Source of the DNA: Octopus bimaculoides
Lineage: Eukaryota
Reading direction: 5' to 3'
Assembly (NCBI RefSeq): GCF_001194135.2
Contig: NC_068984.1
Coordinates: 52,181,334 to 52,245,333 of the forward strand
DNA: 64,000 nucleotides
Within the stretch, counting starts at the first letter, position 1. Each line of letters begins with the position of its first letter. Positions 1 to 12,600 of the stretch are shown here, piece after piece. The translations under genes and the position numbers were made by a program. A model generated the notes under the pieces. That model saw only the letters and a list, made by a program, of their open reading frames with translations, had not been told where the DNA came from and did no database searches.

Positions 1-598
1 GTGGACAAAGTGCACCTGGTGCGTTTCTGTTCAGGAGTCAAAAGGCGAGGGACCCACCTTGCAGAAACCTTTGAGAATCCAAGTTCTTTTGTCACAATGT
101 TGTCTGCTCTTTCAGTTGAGATGCCCAGTCTCTCGGCTATCTGACGACATGATATTCGGCGATCTTGCATTATCATACCAAGAGCAAGGTCAAGGTTGTC
201 CTTGGTGGCTGCAGTTGGAGGTCTCCCTGGTCTTGGATCATCTTCCACACTCTCCCTGCCACGCTTGAATTCATTTACCCAGCGTTTGACTGTTGCATAT
301 GAAGGAGCATTGTCTGTTAAGGTTCTCCCCATCTCTTCATGGATTTCTGATGGAGTTTTGCCTTTCTAATGAAAGTACTTTATGACAGCACGATACTCAG
401 TTTTCTCCATTTTCCTTCTAAATTCGAAGCTTGTTTATTCAAAAATCTGCAACAAAAAAACTTTAAATATCAGAATCATGAAAATGAGCAAGAATACTCC
501 GAAAAGACTGTACTTACCATAAAAAATTGTTTCAAATTGTTTCAACTATATAGCAGCCCCGATTCTAGGTTAGGCTCAAAACTTTTCAGACACCCCTC
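1..598 (-). mobile_element. Mariner (Tc1/mariner) transposon 5' part with transposase pseudogene
   Basis: ATG at 410: MEKTEYRAVIKYFH*KGKTPSEIHEEMGRTLTDNAPSYATVKRWVNEFKRGRESVEDDPRPGRP...SARWVPRLLT (HTH region and WVPR motif). One in-frame TAG at 368-366. TIR-like GAGGGGTGTCTGAAAAGTTTTGAGCC ends at the gap (598). Confidence 0.9.
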
Positions 599-791
599 NN
601 NNNNNNNNNNNNNNNNNNNNNNNNNNNNNNNNNNNNNNNNNNNNNNNNNNNNNNNNNNNNNNNNNNNNNNNNNNNNNNNNNNNNNNNNNNNNNNNNNNNN
701 NNNNNNNNNNNNNNNNNNNNNNNNNNNNNNNNNNNNNNNNNNNNNNNNNNNNNNNNNNNNNNNNNNNNNNNNNNNNNNNNNNNNNNNNNNN
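599..791. other. Assembly gap
   Basis: N run. Confidence 1.
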
Positions 792-1459
792 CATACATAC
801 ATACATACATACATACATACATACATACATGCATAGCCTCGGGCCGACCAAAGCCTTGTGTGTGAATTTGTGTGTGTGTGTGCGTGTGTGCGTGCGTGCG
901 TGTGTGCGTGCGTGCGTGTGTGCGTGCGTGCGTGCGTGTGTATTCAGAACAACCGGTGTTGGTGTGTTTACGTCCCCGTAACGTAGCTGTTCGGCAAAAG
1001 GGATTCGATAGAATAAGTACTAGGTTTAAGAAATAAGTCCTGGGGGCGATTTGGTCGGCTAAAACTCTTTAAGGCGGTGCTCCAGCATGGCCGCGGTCAA
1101 ATGACAGAAATGAATAAAAGAATATACATATATATAATAATAATAAACACAACAAACATAATTGGTATTTTAAGCTATAAAACATACGTGTATTTCTCTA
1201 AACCGGTTGTCATTATTTTGCAAACCAAGTGGCTCGTCTGTTTTTTTTTCCTTCCTCAATATTATCAGTGAAAAATACAAAGCTAAATTGGATGTTTGCA
1301 TTAATATATTTCAACTATGCAAATTACGTTCATTATCACTGGCATGGTAGAATAGGAGATGAAAGAATGTGAGTTGTATTAAGAGTAGACAGACAGTCGA
1401 TGACAAGAGGAAGAAAATGGTTAAACCTACCCTCCATAAATAGGCAGACATACACACCT

Positions 1460-1494
<35 letters not shown>

Positions 1495-1745
1495 TAAACA
1501 CGCACATACACACAAATACAGTAGAAAAGAGAGGAAAAATGAATTTAATCAGAGATGATGTAAGCTCAATGATAACAACAACAACAAAAACAACAGCAAT
1601 AACAACAATAATAGCGACCACATTACGAACAGTCAGTATCATATCTCAGGATGTAAAACCAAGATAATGGGTCGGTCGCTATTACAAGTGCCAACCATGT
1701 GTCTGAAGCAAGAAATAAAATAGTAGAAAGCTGTCACCTGCAATA

Positions 1746-1782
1746 TATATATATATATGTATATATATATGTTTTAATGAAC

Positions 1783-1876
<94 letters not shown>
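1746..1876. repeat. (TA)n-(TG)n microsatellite
   Basis: Seen directly. Similar tracts at about 792-940, 3523-3591 (CT), 9386-9493, 10225-10345, 40095-40350, 48421-48479, 58371-58413 and 59822-59970 (GA). Confidence 0.95.
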
Positions 1877-1878
<2 letters not shown>

Positions 1879-1974
1879 TTTAATGAACAGTTTATTGTAA
1901 ACACATTATCCATCCATAAAACGATATTTCACGCAAAACGCCCTTGTTAGAGAACGTTTAGGAAAATCTGTAGG

Positions 1975-2520
1975 TGCATAGACTCAGCGCGTGTCTTCGC
2001 ATCCATGGCATACTAACCCGTCTTCCAGAGGGTGTTGGCAACAGATGGCTTGCCTGACCAGTGGGAGTGAAAATATAAACGCTCATGTCCGGCTAAACGT
2101 GGACTAGAGGAAGGTATAACGGTCAGGCGGTAAATTATTAAGAAAGCAATGTAGACATTTGCGACCTCTGCTCTTCCTTTTAGAGATAGTTTCCTTTCAA
2201 CTCATTTCTGAATTAGGCTGGCCACCCTGCTTGTAACCTTGCTCCAATCCCTGTCCACCTGAAATTTCGAACCAAAACAAATCCTGGGCAATTTCACCAA
2301 TCCGTATGTCCAGTGACCTACTCTGCTCTTTGATGGCATAGAGTTACCTCTCCACTTGCTGAGCAGCCTGTCCACCGACTTGTTTGGATTTATCTTTACT
2401 TCTGCCATTGTATTCCTTTAGAATGTAATTTATTACCTGAACTTTTGTGATGTCTGATATCATCATGGTGACGTCATCCGCATACGCCAATACAGCTCTC
2501 CCGCATCCCAATAACAATAT
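1975..2520 (-). mobile_element. Non-LTR retrotransposon (L1/Tx1-like) reverse transcriptase fragment
   Basis: YADD at 2484-2473, followed across frameshifts by KINPNKS...DWSKV...ERKLSLKGRAEVANVYI, typical of L1/Tx1 post-RT regions. Confidence 0.75.
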
Positions 2521-3519
2521 TTAACATAGGCACGTGGCCACATATTTGTCGAGGGAATCTCATATGTAACTGCATTTATTATGTCGCTTCTGCAACCTGT
2601 GTTGAATTAACCTAGTAGTAAGTGTAATAAATGCTATAATATCCACATCTTCAAGGGTTCTGCGTTAAATGCTTTATTACAACGCTACTATACTCTCTTC
2701 TGTGTTTATGAAAGACTAGACGTTTAAGACTGATCCTATATATTTTAAATTAAACAAATTACAATAATCAGGTAGGATGTCAGTAGGAATGGGCTAACTT
2801 GCTTCACTTTTGTCAGATGCAAATTACTGGGCTTGCCATTCTGTTTCCCCATTTTCGATGCATTAAACCTGTCACACAATAATTGAGCTTAATTATTATT
2901 TTCTCATAATTAAGATCGGTTGAAGGCATTACATTATTACTGATATATTGCAGCCAATCAAATACTAACCATACACATTAAATTAAATCACCATTTGTAA
3001 ACAGGCAATAAATATTTTATTGTGTACTGTTTCTACTTAACCTTATACCGTTATGTAAAAATATAGCACGAATAACAAGTTTAATACATAGTAGTAATGC
3101 CTTGCGTTACCCTTTTATTGCTTATTCGCTATAACGCTCTTTTATTTTTTAGGAGACAATATTTTTACTGGGATTGCACTACTTAAGTCTAGGAACTGGA
3201 TCCTGGAAATTTCACGTTATATAAATGTTCTTTTATTTTGTAGCATAAATTTATATATCTTTATAACAGTTTTGTTATGTTAAAATATTTTTCCATGATA
3301 ATTGAGTTTATTCAAAAAAGAAAAAAAAAAAAAAGGAAATTGTTCGTTCTGATGCCGTATCTTTGGAGCACAAAATCATTTGTGAAGTTGCCTTCTTGTT
3401 TGAACAAATTAAGCAACTATTTTATGTTCACTTTTTTATTTTCTCTTCGTACTCGACTCATTTCAAGAAATTCTCCCTGTTATTCTGCTCGTTACTGTTC
3501 GCTTAGGTCATTTCAAAGC

Positions 3520-3594
<75 letters not shown>

Positions 3595-3949
3595 ATGTCT
3601 TCTTTTAATGAAGACTTCTCAATGATAAAAATTAAGAAAGAATCGCTCTGAAAAGAAATTTCAAAACTGTTATAACATTTCAAACACACAAAGAGAATTT
3701 TATTTATTTATTTATATATTCATTCATTTATTTATTTTTTTAAGGTGGTGAGCTGGCAGTGTTGTTGGTACACTGGGCAAATGCTTTGTTGTATTTCTTC
3801 CGGTCTTTTACGTTCTGAGTTAAAATGTCGCTGAGATCAACTATATCTTTCTTCCTTTTGGAGTCAGTAAAATAACCACCAAATGAGCACAGGAGTTGAT
3901 GTAATCAACTATCCTCCTCCTCTGATATTTCATGTACTGTACCAACAGC

Positions 3950-4132
3950 AGGAAGAAGAAGAAGAAAAAGAAGAAGGAGGAGGGGGGAGGAGAAGAAGAA
4001 GAAGGGGAGAAGAAAAGGAAAAGAAGAAAAGAGGAGGAGAAAGAGAAAGAAAGAGACGATGAGGAAGAAGGGAAAGGCGGAGGAAGAGAAAGAAGGGGAG
4101 GAGGAAGAGGAAGACGAAAAAGAGGAGGCGGA
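3950..4132 (+). repeat. Polypurine (GAA/GGA) low-complexity tract
   Basis: About 180 bp of almost only A/G. Confidence 0.9.
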
Positions 4133-4149
4133 TCATTCATAGATCACTA

Positions 4150-4890
4150 AGACTGATTTGATCGAGCTAAATGACACCATAACCCATACAGCATCCGTAT
4201 GTTTTGTGAAGCTGGAAGTGCCAACACCCAGACAGTCAACAAATTTTTCCAGGTCCTAAAGAGTATCATCGAACGTGGCAACAACTCAACTTGTATCCAA
4301 TGCAGATAAAACAGACCTTTTTCTAAGATAAAAAAAAAGCACCATGCCGCACTTTCAAAGCTGCTTCTAGGTTCAAAGCCAGAATAGGCCATTTAACATT
4401 ACCACGTGGCGGTAAAGCATCAGGAGATTAAAAGCTAAACCCATTGCTAGCTTATTCAGAACAGTGGAAGCAATGAGGGGAATATCAAAAATACAACGGC
4501 CTGTAGCTTGGGAATCAAACTAGAAAATTTGTGACAAAATCAGCGGTTTTTTTCATGCGTTTGTCATCTAATAATTTGAAGTCGTTGCAAAAGGGAAAAA
4601 AGAAAATCACTAACCTGAGGTATTATTAGTGACTAATAATAATTCAGGCCACGCCAAGAATTTTGATACCCATTAGATCTATAATCTTGTCAAAGTAGTT
4701 AGCCTGTCAGCAAATACCTTGCATTAAGGTACATCCAGGTTCATTACATTCATCGCACTTTCAAAGAGTTGCACAACTTGTCTGGGACTTTTGGGTGAAC
4801 CACTTTATCATGAAAGCCATAAATAATATCAAAGCAGCCTAGGAAGAAATAATCGAGAACTGCACGAACAAAGTTTGGAAGAAATTATGT
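4150..4890 (+). mobile_element. pogo/Tigger (CENP-B-like DDE) transposase relic
   Basis: Frameshifted segments EAGSA..., NADKTDLF, FKA...HLTL..GGKASGD*KLNPLL and FW...AA*EEI...VWKKLC match Tigger-type motifs (NADETGLF, GNASGDFKLKPLL, WKKL). Confidence 0.75.
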
Positions 4891-5100
4891 TAAAAGCAGA
4901 CTATCATTCTCGTTTCTCTATTTATGTTATACAATTATGACTGTATAGTGCTGGTTCATTTAGCGATGGATTTTGGGAAATCGAAATTAACACTGTGTAG
5001 AAAATTTTTTATTTCATTTTATTATTATTATTTTAATCTTTAGTCAGTAAGTGTTATTTCGTATTTACTTCTGTCTAGAAATCAAAGGAAATTACTACTA

Positions 5101-5401
5101 TTCCCTTCAAACTTTGCTTTTGTGACCTGGACTGCAATGCTTTGAAACTGACTTATTCGCCATTACATTTCAGATAGATTCAACGCTGAGTTGCCAAAGA
5201 AGAGATATCGTTATAGCAAATCTGCTCAATGCCACAGAATTTGCTTGTGAGTTGCTTGACCTTAACTACTTGAGCATATCCTTTAGTGGCTGACAATACG
5301 TGCGTCTCTGAGCAAAAGTATTGGGGGAACATCATAGTCATGTGTTGAGAAGGATTCTTTGGGCTTTGAATAAATGTAACAAAAGCAAAGTTTGAAGGAA
5401 A
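5101..5401. mobile_element. MITE with about 26-bp TIRs flanked by TA
   Basis: ttcccttcaaactttgcttttgtgac ... gtaacaaaagcaaagtttgaaggaaa (2 mismatches); TA at 5099-5100 and 5402-5403. Confidence 0.8.
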
Positions 5402-6725
5402 TATTAGCCATTTTTCATATTTTCAATAGGGAATAACAGTTGCTATCCAAGATCAAAAATCGTGCTACACAGTGTTATTGTCGTCATATTTTCAATGTTA
5501 TCCCATAAACGAAAATCTGGCCTACGAATCAAGTGAGAACATTTAATCTGAACTCAAAACGTAAAGAGCCGGAAGAAATATCGCAAAATATATTTCTCCG
5601 ATACTTAAACGATTCTGCCAGCTCGTCACTTTCATTGATCTTATTAATAATGGTTTATGCTTTAGACAGAAGGCCAGCAACTTACAGCGGGGTGGATTAG
5701 TTGATACCATCGACCCCAGTATTTCATTGGAACTTAATATTTTTTCGACCCAAGAGGGACGAAAGACAAAGTTGATCCCGATGAGATTTGAACCTAGAAT
5801 GTAAAGAGCCGGAAGAAGTACTACAAGGCACATTTTTTCACCGATATTTAAACGATTCTGCCACCTCGTCGCTTTAATCAACCTTATGATCGTAACAATA
5901 ACAATAATAAATCTTTTATAAGATTCATAAGCGTTTCTTTCGTGTTTGTAAACATATATAATTGACATTCATACACATGACGCCACGGCAATTTGACATA
6001 TGGGATTGCCGTATGAACTAATATAACTTCAAGCAACGTATTTTATATCGAAATAAACTCAGTGGCTCTAGAAACGCTAGTTTAAAACATAGATACGCAT
6101 ATCTTAAGAAAATAAAGAGGTAACTGATAAAACAGTAGGTTCTGATAAACAGAAATAGAAAGTTGGCGGCGGTAAGACCCATGAGAATTGTGAGTAGAGA
6201 GTATATCGTTGTCCGACCAAGCGAATCTCCAAGGATCTCAGAAAATATTTGTATGTATTGAAAACTAGCAGGGAGGGCCACGAAAGAAATTTTGAAGGTG
6301 TGTATGTCTGCCTATTTTGAAACCCCTGATAAAATCCTTCTCGGGATATTCAGTTCGAAAAAGAAAACTGGATGAGTGACCACAAAACTGAGTCAGACTA
6401 GGTGAAACTTTAATTCAGAATCTCTTTCAAAGCTGCAGGCTCAAAAGGAAACTAATACATCGCCGACACATCAGATTTTGGTAAAATACTATTTTAAACA
6501 CACACACACATACACACACACACTCATATAAACACATACACACGTACATATATATATATATGTACATACATACATACATACATATGTAAATATGTATATA
6601 TATATATATAATAATTTTCCAGAGGATGTAGCACAGAAATGTTAACATAGAGTGGCGAATAAATCGATATATCGAATTTGAAGTCTCTGTCTCTTTTGAA
6701 TATGAAAATTTAAAAGTTAAAAACC

Positions 6726-6776
<51 letters not shown>

Positions 6777-7064
6777 TTTTATTACTTTATTATTTCATTT
6801 GTTTCAGTCATTTAACTGCGGCTATGCTGGAGCACTGCCTTACAGGGTTTTTAGTCGAAGAAATCGATCCCAGGACTTATTCTTTGTAAGCCTAATACTT
6901 ATTCTTTGACCCCCCCCCCTCCACCAACGTTGGTTGTCAAACGATGTTAGGGGACAAACACAGACATAGACATATACGCACATACACACGCGCGCGCGTA
7001 CTATGTATGCATGTATGTATGTATATGGTGCACTTCTGCGGTTTCCGTCTAAAGTTGTTTAACA

Positions 7065-7707
7065 CAGTGCTTCTCAACCATCGTTTTTTAATCTATGGAC
7101 CCCTTTGATCCCTATTTTACTCGGTTGGACTATTGTAGTCATTCAATGTTTAAAAAATTCTATTATGTATTTTAGAATTAAATATTATTAGGAATTGTAT
7201 AAAAGAAATTGTTGAAATATTTTGTGTATTATACAATTATAACCAATTTATTATCTTTTGTGCTCTATCATTTATCTTTTACTTGTTTGAGTCATTTAGG
7301 GCACCGTCTTGAAGGGTTTTAATCGAAGAAATCGACCCTGGGACTCTTTTTTAAAAGCTTGATACTCATCCTATTGTTTCTTTTGCCGAATCGCTAAGCT
7401 ACGGAGACATAAAGACACCACCACCGGTCGCCAAGCGGTGATGGGAAACACACACACATACACACACACATATACGATGGGCTTCTTTCAGTTTCTGTCA
7501 ACCAAATCCACTCAAAAGGCTTTGGTCGGCCCGATGCTATAGTAGAAGATACTTGGCCAAGGTGCCACGCAATGCGACAGAACCCGGAACCATGTGGTTG
7601 AGAAGCAAGCTTCTTACCACACAGTCACGCCTGCAAATAAATTTTAATAACAAAATCTTATAGATCCCACTCCCAAGGACCATATGGACCTCGATTGAGA
7701 ACTACTG
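7065..7707. mobile_element. hAT-type MITE with nested SINE insertions
   Basis: Termini CAGTGCTTCTCAA / TTGAGAACTACTG; 8-bp flanks gtttaaca / gtctaaca (7/8 match). SINE pieces lie at about 7265-7632 inside. A related end fragment is at about 58750. Confidence 0.8.
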
Positions 7708-9385
7708 GTCTAACAAATCATTTTTCAGCTCCAGGCTACAATAAACACTTGCTTACGATGTCATGCAGTGGAATCGAACTCACAACTAAAAGGGTTGCAA
7801 AATGAGCATCTTCATTAAATTACACTGTCCGCATCTATCAGTATAGGTGATAGAAATTATACATAATTAATATATGCCTCTGTTAATAATGGTTTCAAAT
7901 CTTGGCACAAAGTCGGCAGTTTTTAATGCCAATTCAATCGACCCCAGTACTTGACTGGTAATTATTCTATCGAACACGAAAGGTGATATCGACCTCGGCA
8001 GAACAAAATTAAAACCACTGAGTTGGCTGGCTGCGTATGGGGTTTGAAGTCTAACGCCACACCACATACAATAAAGTGGAAAACAGTTGAAAAGTCCACA
8101 CTATATGTTAACGGATCAAAATATTTAAGCTATGCAGTGCTGAAAGAATTCTACCGCACCGCTGGATTTCAGATCTGAATAAGTTCCTGTTAGCGAATTG
8201 GAAAGTACCTCTCTCACTCTCTCTCTGGACTGAGTAGCTGTACCACAAACTAGGCTACCATCTTTTCAGTCTTATAGCTTCACGGTCAAAGGAGTCATAA
8301 CTCTAATTCTCCCTCACCACCTATCATTTATCTTTTACTTGTTTCAGTCATTTAGGGCACCGTCTTGAAGGGTTTTAATCGAAGAAATCGACCCTGGGAC
8401 TCTTTTTTAAAAGCTTGATACTCATCCTATTGTTTCTTTTGCCGAATCGCTAATTGTTTGTTTCTATTTTCTTTTTCGTTTTTCGGTTTTTCAGCCTTAC
8501 ACCTTTTTACATCTACTTCCTTCTCGCCTTTTGTGTTTTTATTCTCTCATCCTGTCGTCCTGTTTTCAGCTTGTTGTGCTATGAGGACACAGCCTGAAGA
8601 TTGCGCTAAGGCACCAGACGTGTTGAAAAATGCTGTCTGATCTGTTTTCATAGCATGAGACTACTGGTAGCCCATTAAGATATACACTGTATTTATTGAA
8701 TAACATATATTTACGACGGGCTTCTTTCCGTTTCCATCTACCAAATCAACTCACAAGGCTTTGGTCAGCCCGAGGTTATAGTACAAGACACTTGCTCATG
8801 GTGTCACCATGTGGTTAGAAAGCAAGTTTCATACCACACGTCCACGCAGGTTTTTTTTTTTTTTAAACGCTATGTTCCAGAATATTTTTGATCCTATAAT
8901 AATCCTTTCTGCTATAGGCACAATGCCTGAAATTTTGGGGAGGGAGCTAGTTGATTACATCGACTCCAGTACTTGACAGGTACTTATTTTATTTACCACG
9001 AAAGGATGAATGGCAAAGTCGACCTCGGCAGAATTTGAACTCAGAACGTGAAAACGGACGAAATACCGCTAAGCATTTCACCCGGCGTACTAACGATTCT
9101 CCCAACTAACCGCCCTACATCTTGATCCTGTAATAATACCGACAATTTTCAAATTCAGATTCCAGAGAAGCAGCAGGATTGTAAGACACTTCGATGGCCA
9201 ACATTTCGATGCTTGACAGTTATTTCCAATTCAGCATCTTTTCAAAATATAATGTCGGGTACATCCAATCGTATTTTATTGATATGTTAAATGTCAAGTT
9301 ATAACTCAGAGAAAATATTAAATACTTGTAGACCGACCAAAACTTTCTGAATGGTTTTGATACACGGAAACCTGGAAGAAGCCTG

Positions 9386-9484
<99 letters not shown>

Positions 9485-10229
9485 TGTGTGTGTTAGTTTG
9501 TTTTCGTCCCCGTGAGTTAGCGATTGGAAAAAGTGACAGGCTTGAAAATAAGTAACCCTTCAAGACGATACCCCGGCATAGCCACAGTCCAAAGACTGAA
9601 ACAAGTAAAAGATAACATCAAATTAAAATACAGATTCTTTTTAAAAGACATAACGTTTTAAATAATAAAAAAAAAGTTCTACGAAAATTTATCAATGGCT
9701 GAAGTTGACTGGCCTGCTCACAAATATTTGAAGATTTTTAGGCCTATTTCTGTATTTATATTAATATATATTTATATTTTTCCTATAGCTTATAAAGTTT
9801 TGTCAGATAATTCATAACTGAAGTAGCATTTATTATTAAACCAAAGTTTGTAGATAAAATAACATTAAGAAGCTTCTATCCGTTTTCCCCCACCCCTTTT
9901 ACTTTGATTTATCATCTTTCATACTACTAAATATTCTTTCAACTTCTGCATTGAAGTGGGGGAAGTTTCAAAGTTGAAATAGAAATCTGTAAGGCGTTTA
10001 AAGAAATTGTACCCAGAATACGATTAATATTAATAAACTTTACTGCTCGGAAGGTCAGGAACAGTTTTATTGGTCCGGAGTCCAATAAAGGGTTTTTTTT
10101 TTAATTTTCTTTATTTTTTATTGATATTCAGCAGAAGATATGGATTCTTTTGATACTCCCAAATATTTCATCAATTTGGAAACCGAATTATACATACATA
10201 CATACATATATATATTCATACTCACAAGC

Positions 10230-10273
<44 letters not shown>

Positions 10274-10840
10274 GTATGTATGTATGTATGTATGTATGTA
10301 TGTGAGTGCACGCGCACACGCACACACACATATACATACATATATATATTGTTTCATCTTTTTTTCACATATATCGTTTGTGTTTATTTTGAAGAGGAAA
10401 ACGAATAAGTTTTTCTTGTGGTTTTTAATATATATCTCGGTAAACGAATAAGTATTTTTGTAGCTTGGTTAAGGCAAGCAAGAAAAACTAGTCATTATTA
10501 CCTTAACTGCTGAAGAAAAAGGCGGCAGGTTATACTACAAAAAAGGACACACACATATATAAAAAGAAATAAATAAAAAACGCTAAGTTTCATTTTAAGG
10601 TTTTACTTCTTTAAATTTAACATTTTATGGCATCAAACACGAAGTTGGTATAATTTCACTTTGGGTGAAGGTTAGGAAACGAATAAAAACCAATTAGATA
10701 TACGTACTGTAGCGTGCAAGCTAATTAACTTCTGCGTTTCATCGTTTGTAGCTACTGCAAAACCGCAATCACAAGTTACCACAACTAATCTTGCATCTTT
10801 GAAATACGTCGCTTTGTGACCATGAACATGTCGAAATTTT

Positions 10841-11040
10841 ATGTATGTATGTATGTATGTATGTATGCTTGCATGCATACATACATACATACATACATAC
10901 ATACATACATGCATGCATGCATGTATATGAGTATGTATGTATGTGTGTATGAGTTTATGTATGTATGTTTGCATGTGTGTATGTGTGTGTATGTATGTAT
11001 GTATGCATGCATGCATCCATGTATGTATGTATGTGTGTGT
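10841..11040. repeat. (TATG)n/(CATA)n compound microsatellite
   Basis: Seen directly, with internal strand switches at gcatgc. Confidence 0.95.
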
Positions 11041-11044
11041 TTCT

Positions 11045-11730
11045 CCTGTGGGTTTTATCGAAGTTCTTCAGAGAGTTCAAGCCGGTCATAAACAAAGTGA
11101 TAAGGCTTTTTGAGTTAAGAGAGTTCCCCGTGTTTGCAAATAATTAGTTGAGTTAGTGTGTTGGTTGAGCTGTCGATGCACACACTTGGGTGTGTGCATC
11201 GACAGCTCAACGAACAGCCAAGTGTGTGCGTCTAAAGAATCTCAGATGGACAATCTTTGTAATGTCTTACAAAACTTTACTGTGTTACTAACAGATTGGA
11301 TTTGGAGAATCCACGTCAGTTTCTTTTGCTCTTTCTTCGAAAAATCAAATATTTCTAGGGTTTTTTAAAGGTAAATTTGTATGTACATAACCTAATGCAC
11401 CTATGATGATAGGTACAAATGGTCGACAATCTTTCTTCGGTTGACTATTATGCATGAGCATTTATCTTTCCCAAACTCTCTTCCTGTCTCGTGAGAATGT
11501 TGTGACTAGATCCAATTGTTTCTTGGTGTTGTTCATGTTGCCACAATATAACTTTAAGGTCATCAGCAAAAAATGTGTTGTGCGTATGATTTTTCTTTTA
11601 GTTATATCTAAGTTCTTAAGAAAGTTCAAGTCGGTCGCTAACAAAGCGTCAGGACTTTTTGAGTTAAGAGAATTCCCGCTGTTTGTAAATACGCGGTTAG
11701 CTTGGTGTCTTGGTTGAGCTGTCGATGCGC
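11045..11730 (-). mobile_element. R4/Dong-like (REL-type) non-LTR retrotransposon remnants in tandem
   Basis: Frameshifted FADD-LKLY..NMNNTKKQLDLVTTFS at about 11570-11480, then the C-terminal PIIIGALGYV...QIQSVSNTVKFCKT. An approximately 140-bp segment occurs twice (11045-11190 and 11590-11730). Clade assignment is by motif recall. Confidence 0.55.
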
Positions 11731-12139
11731 ATTATGCATGTTATTATTCAGTGTTACTTCAAAATTTCTTGCTAATAGAGAATGAGCCGGTTTCTAACCT
11801 TGATCCAAGGCTCCTTCACTGAAATTTCAACATCAACAGGGTATGTATGTATGTATGTATGTATGTATTATGTATGTATGTGTTTATGTATGTGTTTATG
11901 TATGTGAGCAGAATTGTATGTTTTGTTTTATGTATGTATTCTCATGAATATACTTGCATATCTAGATATACTCTTATATACTTAAATGATAAACTTCTGA
12001 AAAGTTTTACAGATTTTTACAGTTCCATTGATGGCTTGGATCTGTAGTCTTCGAATCAGCTTTCTCCTTTCTGGTTTTGAGAAGCCCAATTTCTCAAGCT
12101 TGGTATTTAGTATTTAGGCAGTATGTATGTGTGTATGTA

Positions 12140-12600
12140 TGTCAAATCACTCTTAGTGTTACGGGTAACATATAATCCAGTACAACCTGTCGCATGATCA
12201 GGCCGTCAGTAACTATACCGACAACCCTACCAAGCCTGTTTGGTAAGGAAGATGGTTTTCGTTAGATATCCAACAGGGTGGAAAACAAAATTTGTCAAAG
12301 GACGCAAGAACTCAATAGACTCAATGGCCATCCAACAGCTAGGAGTGAGAGACTCCTTGCCTTTGTTTAGACATCTCCCGAGGAGTAGAAAATTCCAAAA
12401 TAACACCCACCTCATTGCGAAACCGAACATCTTGCTTTTGTTTGTTTCTGAATTACTTGGCTTTGGAAATGAGAGTCGTAGTGATGTTGTACAAGCTACA
12501 GCGGACTTTTAATTTCTGCACGGGCGTTGCTGACAGCTATTGTCTTTAACATTTAGGATGAGATAATTTGTCAGTGATGGTCATACTGTTGGCAGCTGCC
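12140..12600 (+). mobile_element. Retroelement 5'-UTR-like repeat (RTE-type), copy 1
   Basis: Start ggtaacatataatccagtacaacctgtcgcat is homologous to the start of 54794-54240 on the minus strand; GC-richer than its flanks; follows (TATG)n. Confidence 0.45.

Noticed and set aside
3841-4150. Poly-K/E/G and poly-P/S/F ORFs
   Set aside because: Polypurine low-complexity tract with no splice or domain support.
10672-10830. Protein-like reading GHKATYFKDARLVVVTCDCGFAVATNDETQK with a possible GTACGT donor
   Set aside because: No acceptor (upstream is microsatellite), no partner exons and no recognised motif.
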